Source of the DNA: Desulfovibrionaceae bacterium | Lineage (GTDB): Bacteria > Desulfobacterota > Desulfovibrionia > Desulfovibrionales > Desulfovibrionaceae | Assembly: GCA_019421865.1 (NCBI GenBank) | Contig: JAHZEL010000015.1 | Coordinates: forward strand, 32,892 to 96,891 | DNA length: 64,000 nt | Direction: 5' to 3' | In this document: positions 26,893 to 35,212 of the stretch, piece by piece | How the letters are laid out: the number at the start of each line of letters is the position of its first letter | Position numbering within the stretch: the first letter of the stretch is position 1 | The notes under the pieces: model-generated | Told to the model about the DNA's origin: nothing | Seen by the model: the letters and a program-made list of their open reading frames with translations, nothing else | Databases searched by the model: none | Translations under genes and position numbers: made by a program

Positions 26893-26913
26893 TGGAAAAT
26901 CCCTCTTTTTCCA
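26893..26913. promoter_or_regulatory. 7-7-7 inverted repeat in the porin leader/promoter
   Basis: TGGAAAA-TCCCTCT-TTTTCCA, 42-62 nt upstream of the porin start. It overlaps a 12-mer that recurs at 23867. Confidence 0.4.
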
Positions 26914-27757
26914 CGAAACGACACTGCAACAAGGCTTGATAATAAAATGTTAAAAATTCATTAGGTTTTAATAAAAAAACAGATACAATTTACTAATATT
27001 ATTATAATAAAAAAATTTTTACATTATCATTTACCAGTACTCAAAAAGCTAATCAGTTCCTGAAAAGCTCTCGAAATAAGTATCTGCGGTTTATAAAAAA
27101 TATTTACTATCAATATATTACACATAAAAAAGCTATTGCTCTTCTAGGCTTCCCCGCTCTTTCTACAGCCGCCCAAAAGCCTCCGCCGCTTCCAAGCAGA
27201 CTTTAATGGGGGGAGCCTCAGTTTTCAAAAAAAACACAAAATATATATTTATTATATTGAATTAATTATATTTTATTGCTATCAACCGATATATCTTCTC
27301 CTCTGAGCCCACAACGTTCCTCCTTATTTTTTTATTCTTGCCAAGGAACAATTTTTTTTACCCCTGCTCCGTGCCAACGGCCCGACACACCATCCCAAAC
27401 CGCCTTTACCGAACTCCCGGCGGCATAAAATGTTCTCACAGACGCTGTCGCATCATGGAGCGAACAAGGTGTACTGCGAGACGACCTCATAAAAAGTCCA
27501 CCTCCAGTGTCGACGTGAAGAGATGGTCTGTCATTTTCAATTTTTTGCAAAACAATATATAAGACGAAAATACTCAATAAAACCGATTACATTGTAAAAA
27601 TCATCATACATAAATATTACTACATATTTTCATCATCAAAGACAAAAGAATCACATAAAATCGTAATTCTTTGAATATATACACATTACCACCATAATAT
27701 CAAAAGGTTATATATTATTAATATTATATCATGCATCATGAAATATCTAGTTTAGAC

Positions 27758-30481
27758 TCATATCAAGCATAAAATATCACGAAGCATATTTTTCAGTCGC
27801 TCTTTCTCTCCTGAGCCTGTAGTGCTGAAACGAAAAAGAGGTATACCGTACCGCCTGCAAATACTATTTTTAAGAGCGTCCCGTTCTGCCTGCATGCCGT
27901 CCGGCCGATGAAAAGCCCAGCCATCGACCTCCACGGCAGCCACAATAGCTCGGCTCATCTTTTCAAAGATAAGAAAGTCCACATGCGTAAGGTCATTCAT
28001 GGCATACCGGCGCTCACGCTCCGATTCAAGCAGAGACATATCCCGCAAAAGCATACGAAGCGGAACATGTACATGGATGCCGTAGTCAGCAAGCCCCTCT
28101 TCCTTCAACACTTCCTCAATAAGGCCGAACATCAGATTCTCACTATCCATCTGAGACACCTTTTTCATACGTGCCAAAGTCTGACGGCGAATATCTGCGT
28201 ACTGCCGATAAAGGACATCAAACACGGAGCAGACCTTGCTGTCCGTTACTTCCATATTGTGATAACCGACATAATTGATCAGGTCGCCGATACTGGTATG
28301 CCGTCTGGGTCTGTTGCCGCTGGTAACGACAATAAGCCTGTCCACGGCACGGGAAACAGCGACATTCAACCGATGATCATCATCGGCGAAGTCCGAAATA
28401 TCATTATCCACCGTAGACAGAATGATCGTACTCCGTTCCTGCCCCTGAAATTTGTCCACAGTATCCGCAGCGGCTTTGCACAACGAAGCTTCCCGCTGGA
28501 GAGCATCCGCCTGGGCCCGGTAAGGGGTAACGATTCCCACGGTGTCAGCTCTGCCGCAAAGCCCGAAACGAGGAAAAATCTCCTGAGCTATGACATCTAT
28601 TTCTCTCTGATTCAGGTGATCTCGGGCGTGATTTCCAGGCACCGTGCGGAAAACCTGCAAGGGAACGTCATCTTCGTGACCGGTCGTCAGAACGATAAGC
28701 TCTCCGTTGTAAAATTTTTCATTGCAGAACCCTATGATGGCCGGATGGCAGCGGTAATGTTCCCGAAGAAGCGTACGCGGAATATCCGGAAAGCGTCTGG
28801 CGGCAAAACGAAGAAGGCTGTACTCGGAGACACGGAACTCTTCAGGTACGCCATATTGACGAAAAAGCGTATCCGTCATCCGACGCGCAGGTCCATCCAC
28901 AACATTCGGCAGCTGCTTCAGGTCGCCCACAATGACGGCCCGCCTGGCACACGATAATGCCAGCATGCCGGAGCAGAGACTCACCTGTGAAGATTCATCC
29001 ACAATAACGTACTCGTAGACAACGCTCTCTCCCAGGCTGCTCCGTAAAGAATGCGTCGTACTGAGAACTACGGGGTAATCCTTGATAAAGTCAGACGCTT
29101 CCCGCTGGAGATGAGCATAGACTCTGCGCGGCACCTTCCGATATCGCTCTGCCAGCATATGCTTGAACAGAATCATGGACCCGGCGGCATACTCATCCAT
29201 CTTCTTTCGGAAGCCCCATCCGTCCAGTTCCGCTTCCAGCTTTGCTATGCCTGACCGTATCTCTGAAAGTCGACGTTCATAAAAAAGTCTTCGGAGCCAT
29301 GTGCCGATGGCTGCAGGACTTTTCTTGAAAAACTCACCATCCCAAATACGGAAGCGAAGAAAAAAGAGTACCCGTCTCCACAGAGAAATTGACGCCGAGG
29401 TTTCAAATTCCGCCTCACACGACGCCAGAAGGCGAAGAACCGTATCGGAGTCGAGTTTACGAAACGCCGTACGAGCGTTCTCACTACTCTCCTCAAAAGA
29501 AAAGCAGTCAAGAAAGTGCGCCTGCTCCGTGCTGAGAGCCGCAAGCTCCGCCCGGAGCTCCGCCAGCCGGTTCTGCTTTGCCAGCTTCTCATTCAACGCC
29601 TTATGCAGAGAAGCAAGCTCTCCCTCCAGAGCCCTTTTTGCTCTCAGGTCCAGAGTCCAGCCCGACATATCCGGGAGCATCTTCTGACTTTCAAGAAACT
29701 TTTTCTTGTTTTCCTGACTGCCGAGAAAGGCACAAATAAATCCTACCCCGTACTTCTCAAGCTTTTCCTCCACATTACGAGTTGCAGAGTTATTGCTGGA
29801 AACGACGGCGGCGTTCAGTCCGCGCATGATAATATTGGCAAGAATATTGAGAATGGTCTGCGTCTTACCGGTTCCTGGAGGACCTTCGATAACGCTCATT
29901 TTGTTTGAAAGAGCATTCTCCACGGCCTTCTTCTGCGACTCATTAAAACCAAACGGATAATAAACAGGCGAGCTGCATGTCTGCTCTTCTTCAAGAATGG
30001 ATCCCTGCAGGCAATAAGAAAGAACCGTATGCTCCGAAACCAGATTCAGTTTCTCATACTGCCTGCCGAGAAAACTGGCCCCTCCATCGATCTTCAGACT
30101 ATCGTGAAACGCCAGCGCCTTGAGATACTCGAACAGCATCTTGTTTTTCGCATTGCCGAGACAGGAATGAATAACCTCCGTCTCACTTTGTTTCAGACAA
30201 ATCGACTTACCGTTCTGCCGAAAAAGACGCCAGTGTTCGGCAAACTTCTGGACTCTCACAAGATCAGTATAATGATATCCCCTCGACAGAAAGGCATACT
30301 CTTCGGCGGGAAGCTCTTCCGGATCGGCAAAGACGGAGGCCTTGTCGGCACCGCAGGTATAGATCGTGGGGTTGCCGCAAAACTTAAGCTTGATATATCG
30401 GCATTCCCTCGAGAATGATTCGATGTCGCAAGTCCGATCTTTTCCATGAAAAAGAATAAGATATTTGCTTATATCAGCCAC
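27758..30481 (-). CDS. SF1 (Upf1/DNA2-like, AAA_11/AAA_12) helicase fused to a C-terminal PD-(D/E)xK DUF2726/Vsr-like nuclease domain
   Basis: 907 aa with a GTG start and GGGAG SD. Motif I GPPGTGKT, II YVIVDESSQ, III VIVGDLKQLP, V DKFQGQERSTIILS, VI RLNVAVSRAVDRLIVV. C-terminus HVDFLIFEK..AAVEVDGWAFH..RDALKNSICRRYGIPLFRF. The N-terminal domain of about 170 aa is unassigned. Confidence 0.85.
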   Translation of the reverse strand: MADISKYLILFHGKDRTCDIESFSRECRYIKLKFCGNPTIYTCGADKASVFADPEELPAEEYAFLSRGYHYTDLVRVQKFAEHWRLFRQNGKSICLKQSETEVIHSCLGNAKNKMLFEYLKALAFHDSLKIDGGASFLGRQYEKLNLVSEHTVLSYCLQGSILEEEQTCSSPVYYPFGFNESQKKAVENALSNKMSVIEGPPGTGKTQTILNILANIIMRGLNAAVVSSNNSATRNVEEKLEKYGVGFICAFLGSQENKKKFLESQKMLPDMSGWTLDLRAKRALEGELASLHKALNEKLAKQNRLAELRAELAALSTEQAHFLDCFSFEESSENARTAFRKLDSDTVLRLLASCEAEFETSASISLWRRVLFFLRFRIWDGEFFKKSPAAIGTWLRRLFYERRLSEIRSGIAKLEAELDGWGFRKKMDEYAAGSMILFKHMLAERYRKVPRRVYAHLQREASDFIKDYPVVLSTTHSLRSSLGESVVYEYVIVDESSQVSLCSGMLALSCARRAVIVGDLKQLPNVVDGPARRMTDTLFRQYGVPEEFRVSEYSLLRFAARRFPDIPRTLLREHYRCHPAIIGFCNEKFYNGELIVLTTGHEDDVPLQVFRTVPGNHARDHLNQREIDVIAQEIFPRFGLCGRADTVGIVTPYRAQADALQREASLCKAAADTVDKFQGQERSTIILSTVDNDISDFADDDHRLNVAVSRAVDRLIVVTSGNRPRRHTSIGDLINYVGYHNMEVTDSKVCSVFDVLYRQYADIRRQTLARMKKVSQMDSENLMFGLIEEVLKEEGLADYGIHVHVPLRMLLRDMSLLESERERRYAMNDLTHVDFLIFEKMSRAIVAAVEVDGWAFHRPDGMQAERDALKNSICRRYGIPLFRFSTTGSGEKERLKNMLRDILCLI

Positions 30482-30732
30482 GACGAAACTCCCGACATAA
30501 TGTGACGACGTTATGTTATTTCATATAAAAAAATAACGACCTGTCAAACCGATAACTCGTAATACTCTTATCCTGAACACGCTATCTTCATTTAATACGT
30601 ATCATTTCGCGCTTTTTTCCGCAAACATCTTACACTCTTCCCCTCTCCTGCCCCTTTTTTCTCTTGAGAGAAAGACAGGAAAATTAAAAAGAAAAAGGGA
30701 TTACGATTTTCATCGTAAGCCCTTGAGCTTTC

Positions 30733-30776
30733 TGGTTGCGGGGAAAGGATTTGAACCAATGACCTTCGGGTTATGA
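30733..30776 (-). repeat. Displaced 3' 44 nt of tRNA-fMet (att-type direct repeat)
   Basis: Identical to 34372-34415 (TGGTTGCGGGGAAAGGATTTGAACCAATGACCTTCGGGTTATGA). Flanked at 30683-30732 by a diverged copy of the tRNA terminator. Confidence 0.9.
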
Positions 30777-31751
30777 AAACTTCTGTATGACAAGCCCTAT
30801 GAGGACAAGAAAAAAGTCCGAGTCTCCGGTCCATTTACCGTAGAAAGCCTCTCTCCGCATCGCGTTCTCGGCATAGGAGCCGACGGGGAGCTGCTCGACC
30901 CCGCCGCCGACAAGGCGGGAGAAGACGGTCGCGACTTTGTCGCCATGATTCTGGACAACCTGAAGACCGCCGGAGTGCAGCAGTCGCATAAGGAAGACAA
31001 AATAGACTTCATCAGTCTGACGCCCTGGCCCGGAGACATGATCTGCGCCGAAGGCCGCTACATGGAAGGCGATGTTGAACGCCGCGCCGGCATTTTCATC
31101 GGTCCGGAGTTCGGCACGGTCAGCCGTGAGGATCTGGTTCAGGCTTCGCGTGAAGTGGCCGATGCCGGATTCGACCTGCTCATAGCCTGCGCATTCAACT
31201 ACGAGGCTTCCGCTTCCGAGTTCCGCAAGCTCGGCAGGGTTCCCGTACTCAAGGCCCGCATGAATGCGGATCTGCACATGGGTGAATAGCTGAAGGCGAA
31301 CGGCAAAGGCAATCTGTTTGTGGTCTTCGGAGAGCCTGATATTTCCATTCTTCAGGAAACCGATGCCAACGGCAAGGAAACGGGAAACATCAAAGTCCAG
31401 ATCAACGGCGTGGATGTGTTCTATCCCAATACCGGCGAAATCCGCTCCGATAATGCGGACGGCATCGCCTGCTGGTTTGTGGACACGGATTATAACGAAG
31501 AGAGCTTCTTTGTGCGTCAGGCTTACTTCCTCGGCGCCAGCTCTGACCCTTATAAGGCACTCAAAACTTCCCTGAGGGCTGAAATCGACAAAAGCACCTG
31601 GGAAACACTTTGCAGCGCTACCTCTCGCCCCTTCCCCAAACCCGAAAGCGGTCGCATTGCCGTTAAGGTCATCAACCACCTGGGCGATGAAGTCATGAAG
31701 GTGTTAGGGTGGAATAAGAAATACATATACAGACAACTACATAATATATAA
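30777..31751 (+). pseudogene. 5'-truncated, stop-interrupted C-terminal part of a large site-specific DNA methyltransferase
   Basis: The frame opens exactly at the repeat junction (KLLYDKPYEDKKKVRVSGPFTVESLSPHRV..). In-frame TAG at 31287-31289. It continues ..GNLFVVFGEPDI..IACWFVDTDYNEESFFVRQAYFLGA..RIAVKVINHLGDEVMKV. There is no N-terminal catalytic domain. Confidence 0.75.
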
Positions 31752-31791
31752 AAGTGGCGCGTATAACATATAGTTTATACGCGCCACTTTT
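31750..31791. terminator. 17-bp perfect inverted repeat, bidirectional terminator between the methylase relic and ptuB
   Basis: AAAAGTGGCGCGTATAA ... TTATACGCGCCACTTTT. Confidence 0.7.
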
Positions 31792-31849
31792 ATATATAAA
31801 ATATACAGCACTTATTAAATTAGTTATATGTATTAAATCAAAAATATAT

Positions 31850-32449
31850 CTATAATAATCCTTGACGTTGTGCTTCTATCCATACAAATGGGGAATATTT
31901 TTGAAGATGAATTTCTGTCACCTCTTGCTCACAATATTCCTGATAATGCCTAGCTCGCATTTCCCGATTGTCGGGATCATCCAAGCCAAGCCGATCTATA
32001 GTTTCTTGAACTCGCTGTCTCAATCTTTCGGGTAAATGCGGATTAGGGAAAATACGCCCGCTGACAAATTCCAGGCGAAACCAGTCGTCTTTCACGTCAA
32101 AAGGATCAAGCACATCGCTAAAATCTCTCTTGCGACTGTTCATCCGCGAGCAGGCCAGCCGGTAATTGCTCCACTCATAGGCCTGATCAGCTCGGAGGGA
32201 TTTGGGGGCAAAATGATCCACCGTCCCCCCTCCTGTCGTCCATTCAAAAAAAACCGCAAGATACGCACAGCATTTACCATATACCGTGTATAACTCATTT
32301 AGTTCATCTCTCCAGTACGCAGGCAGCTTAGTTCTCTCGGGCAACGCTGCATTAGGGTCAATCCCCTTTTCCCGCAACCAGGCAAGCCCCTTCTGGCGGA
32401 CTTTTCTATCAAAGTCTTCTGGTTCAGGCTGTGGAGTGACATGAATCAT
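31850..32449 (-). CDS. ptuB: PtuB-like HNH-family nuclease (Septu-like system, component B)
   Basis: 199 aa from ATG 32449, with ATGA overlap to the upstream ATPase gene. HNH-like core ..CCAYLAVFF..GTVDHFAPKS..WSNYRLACSRMNSRK. Confidence 0.65.
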   Translation of the reverse strand: MIHVTPQPEPEDFDRKVRQKGLAWLREKGIDPNAALPERTKLPAYWRDELNELYTVYGKCCAYLAVFFEWTTGGGTVDHFAPKSLRADQAYEWSNYRLACSRMNSRKRDFSDVLDPFDVKDDWFRLEFVSGRIFPNPHLPERLRQRVQETIDRLGLDDPDNREMRARHYQEYCEQEVTEIHLQKYSPFVWIEAQRQGLL

Positions 32450-33726
32450 TGCAGCCACCCCTTTTTCTTTGCTACAAACCTCCAACGTATCCAGAAAGGA
32501 TCCGTTTCTGACAATACAGTGCGCAACTGCTGGTCCAACTTCTGGGCATCATCAGGACCAAAATTTTCATCACTCAGTGCAAGACTCGCATTTTCCAAGA
32601 CCTGTTCCGCCTCTTTAGAATAGCCCTGCTTCAGGTCAAAAGCCTTGCTGGTCAACCAATTATTGATATTCCCTAGTCGAATGAAATCCCGCTTTGTAAG
32701 CGTCACCTTGTCATCTGTCAAATCCAGGTCAAACCAGGCATCTTTTTTGCTGTCAAATAATGTTTCCACCGAGGCCATGATCAAAGGAGAATGAGTTGCG
32801 ACTATGAGCTGAATCTGCTCACTGGCACTAAGGGTCCCCATAACTTTCATCAAAGCCGGAATTACTGTTCGCTGCCACTTAGGATGCAGATGCGCTTCGA
32901 CCTCATCGACAAGAAAGACTGCCCTACTTTCTGCTTCTTCCCCCAACAACTCCTTAGCTTTTATATGCTCGTCCCAACACCAGACTAAAAAATAGGCCAA
33001 GGATATGATACGCCGCATACCGGAAGAAGCATGCAAGACGGGAACTTCCTGACCATAAGGCATGCTCAGAGTAGGCATATCCCGTGCATCATCCAGACTG
33101 ATTCGTGTCAACCGGCCAGGAACAAGCCTTTCCTCTTCCGAAGGTGACAAAACTTCAAGCACAGACTTCAGCGAGGCAAAGGCCTGACCATTTTCTTTCT
33201 GCCAGCTGGCCCAGTCCCGGATAAGCCCATTGCAAAGCCAAGCTCCTTCAGCAGTCTGTAACCCATCCCAAACTTCCGAAGGGCTGAACACATAGGCTGC
33301 GGGACGCGAATTTCCTTCTTCCCCTTTGGATTTCCAATAGTTGCGAGCAGGATCCCAAACCGCAAAGCTACCATCAGCCATGGCATAAAAAATCAGCCCA
33401 GGATTTGCAGGACGCCCTTGTTTGATTGTCCAATTCTGCATACGGGCATTGAAACTGCTCTTATGCTCCATAGACCTGGAAACCGCAGAAAACGATGTAC
33501 TGATAGTAGCTGCTTGTTTTTTATCCGTAGGCAAAGCAACCTTGCCTGCCGTCAAATGAGGATTCACTTCTGCTGGCCACTTGCGTGTCATAGACCACCA
33601 AATGATGTCCAACAAAAAACTCTTGCCTAACCCGTTATCTCCGGTAAGCAAATTCAAGCGACTGCCAAAATTCAGCTCCATGTTGGAGGCTGGTCCCACA
33701 TTGGACATAATGAGACGCGATATCAT
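32446..33726 (-). CDS. ptuA: PtuA-like ABC/SMC-type AAA ATPase (Septu-like system, component A)
   Basis: 426 aa. Walker A LLTGDNGLGKS, signature-like ASSGMRR, Walker B VFLVDEVEAHLHP, H-loop VATHSP. Confidence 0.7.
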   Translation of the reverse strand: MISRLIMSNVGPASNMELNFGSRLNLLTGDNGLGKSFLLDIIWWSMTRKWPAEVNPHLTAGKVALPTDKKQAATISTSFSAVSRSMEHKSSFNARMQNWTIKQGRPANPGLIFYAMADGSFAVWDPARNYWKSKGEEGNSRPAAYVFSPSEVWDGLQTAEGAWLCNGLIRDWASWQKENGQAFASLKSVLEVLSPSEEERLVPGRLTRISLDDARDMPTLSMPYGQEVPVLHASSGMRRIISLAYFLVWCWDEHIKAKELLGEEAESRAVFLVDEVEAHLHPKWQRTVIPALMKVMGTLSASEQIQLIVATHSPLIMASVETLFDSKKDAWFDLDLTDDKVTLTKRDFIRLGNINNWLTSKAFDLKQGYSKEAEQVLENASLALSDENFGPDDAQKLDQQLRTVLSETDPFWIRWRFVAKKKGWLQ

Positions 33727-34293
33727 ACTAAGGCTCCTCTTGCTCCCCGGATTTGCTTCTCCATCAGGGATGGGGCAAATAGTCGTTTACTATCATCCCC
33801 CTTAATATCGTTTTTTACCATAAAGGAAGCTACATCTCTTGGACCACCTCATTCGCAATAACGTGAGACGGATGTCCGTGCTCTAGCCATCGCCCCGCCC
33901 CAGAGACCCATGGATGCAAAACACTCTTTGCCTGTGCCCGATCAGATTTTCCGCCCTTCCTGTCAAAGCTTTCTATCTCTCATTTTTAACCTTTAATCCA
34001 GCCTCAAAATCCTATGTAATAAAAATTTTCAATAGTTATGATGTAAATTCAATTTATTTATCATTTAAAAATATGCATTAATCACCATTTATAACTTTCA
34101 TTTTATAGTATTATATTAGTATAGATTATTCAATTCATTTTAAAATATTCATATATACTATACAAATACTAAAATTTGCACTTTTTAATTATATCATTAA
34201 TTTTGTAAAAATTATAATTAACAAAGATATCTCAAAAAAAACTTATTTGATACGTGCCTTAAATAAAAAATTCCCCTGCACTCTCCAATTCTC

Positions 34294-34317
34294 TTGGTGG
34301 GAATATTGGTGGGAATA
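34294..34317 (+). repeat. Tandem 12-mer TTGGTGGGAATA x2
   Basis: Exact tandem duplication, 5 nt from the tRNA-fMet terminator on the island side. Confidence 0.8.
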
Positions 34318-34321
34318 AAAT

Positions 34322-34363
34322 TAAAAAAAGGAAAAGCCCTTACGATTTTCACCGTAAGGGCTT
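34322..34363 (-). terminator. Rho-independent terminator of tRNA-fMet
   Basis: Stem AAGCCCTTACG / CGTAAGGGCTT. On the minus strand it is followed by a T-run. Confidence 0.75.
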
Positions 34364-34371
34364 GATTTTAC

Positions 34372-34448
<77 letters not shown>

Positions 34449-34460
34449 TCGTGTTCGTTA

Positions 34461-34489
34461 TCTATATCTCCGAGCGTTCGAGCTGTCAA
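34461..34489 (-). promoter_or_regulatory. Sigma70-type promoter of tRNA-fMet
   Basis: Minus strand: TTGACA, 17-nt spacer, TATAGA, ending 12 nt before the tRNA 5' end. Confidence 0.6.
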
Positions 34490-34615
34490 CAAATTTTTTT
34501 TCGATTTTCTGAAATTTTTTTCCATGATTTTTATCCGTAAATAAAAGTCTGCTGACTTCTGTCGACTTTTATGCTAGACTTTCGGGCACACCATCAAATA
34601 TATGGGTCTAACACC

Positions 34616-35128
34616 ATGAAATTCTGGGAAATATCCGATTCTTTCTGGGAAGCCGTCAAACCTCTTATCCCGGAAAACGTCCGTGATCCGGAAAAAGTGT
34701 ACCAGCGCATCGCCGGCGGCGGACGCAAACCGCTCGACTACCGCAAAGTCTTTTCAGCCATCGTTTATGTTCTGAAAACCGGCACGCAATGGAAAGCGCT
34801 CCCCAAGGAATTCTACGGGAGCCCCAGCTCCATTCACGCCTACTTTAAAAAGTGGGAAGCGCAGGGACTGTTCAGCGAACTGTGGAAGAAAGGCCTTGCA
34901 GAATTTGAAGAAATGAAGGGCATTGCCTGGGAGTGGACCCTTGATACCACCCGCAGCGCCAAGGCGGCCGCCGAAGGCGCAGGCAAAATGAGAACGGATG
35001 CCGACGGCAATACCCCCTCGGAAGACTGCCGCATCTGGCGACCCGTCATCAGTCGCAGAAGCAGGGAACGGGCCAAGGCGCTCTGCGATAAGGCCACGGC
35101 ATTATTTACGGATAAGTTCAAATCTTGA
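34616..35128 (+). mobile_element. IS5-family (DUF4096 N-terminal) transposase remnant, lacking the DDE domain
   Basis: MKFWEISDSFWEAVKPLIPE..GGRKPLDYRKVFSAIVYVLKTGTQWKALPKEF..IHAYFKKWEAQGLF matches the IS5/IS4-like OrfA pattern. Similarity decays after about 140 aa. No catalytic domain and no terminal inverted repeats were seen. Confidence 0.65.
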
Positions 35129-35212
35129 TTTAACTTGGCGGGACATCCTATTATTCGGCGCATGGCTTTCCTCAGCCTGTCTCATGTTCACAGCGGCAGC
35201 AGGAGTTATGCA

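Noticed and set aside
27369-27385. Sigma54-like TGGCAC element on the minus strand (TTGGCACGGAGCAGGGG).
   Set aside because: The -12 TTGC element at the required spacing is absent, so it is probably a chance match.
27332-27577. 81-aa (minus) and 74-aa (plus, 27338..27562) ORFs in the GC-rich patch downstream of the helicase gene.
   Set aside because: Neither has a Shine-Dalgarno or a family signature, and the plus-frame product is an Arg-rich artefact. The region is reported as a non-coding curiosity, not as a CDS.
30592-30834. 80-aa minus-strand ORF spanning the tRNA-fragment repeat.
   Set aside because: It reads through a tRNA-derived sequence and a terminator hairpin, so it is an artefact of the repeat.
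33727-34371. Searched for an integrase/recombinase gene or relic next to tRNA-fMet, and also near the att repeat at 30.7 kb.
   Set aside because: Six-frame reading of the only non-AT-rich part (33830-33990) gives no tyrosine- or serine-recombinase motif (no R..HxxR..Y pattern). No ORF of adequate length is present.
33727-34371. Retron-type msr/msd RNA plus reverse transcriptase upstream of ptuA (a retron-Septu arrangement).
   Set aside because: No reverse transcriptase ORF exists anywhere in the island. I could not find the flanking inverted repeats expected for msr/msd.
34616-35128. Possibility that the IS5-like ORF is an active insertion sequence.
   Set aside because: Only the N-terminal OrfA-like part is recognisable. 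There is no DDE catalytic region, no second ORF or frameshift site, and no terminal inverted repeats flanking it. It is treated as a remnant.
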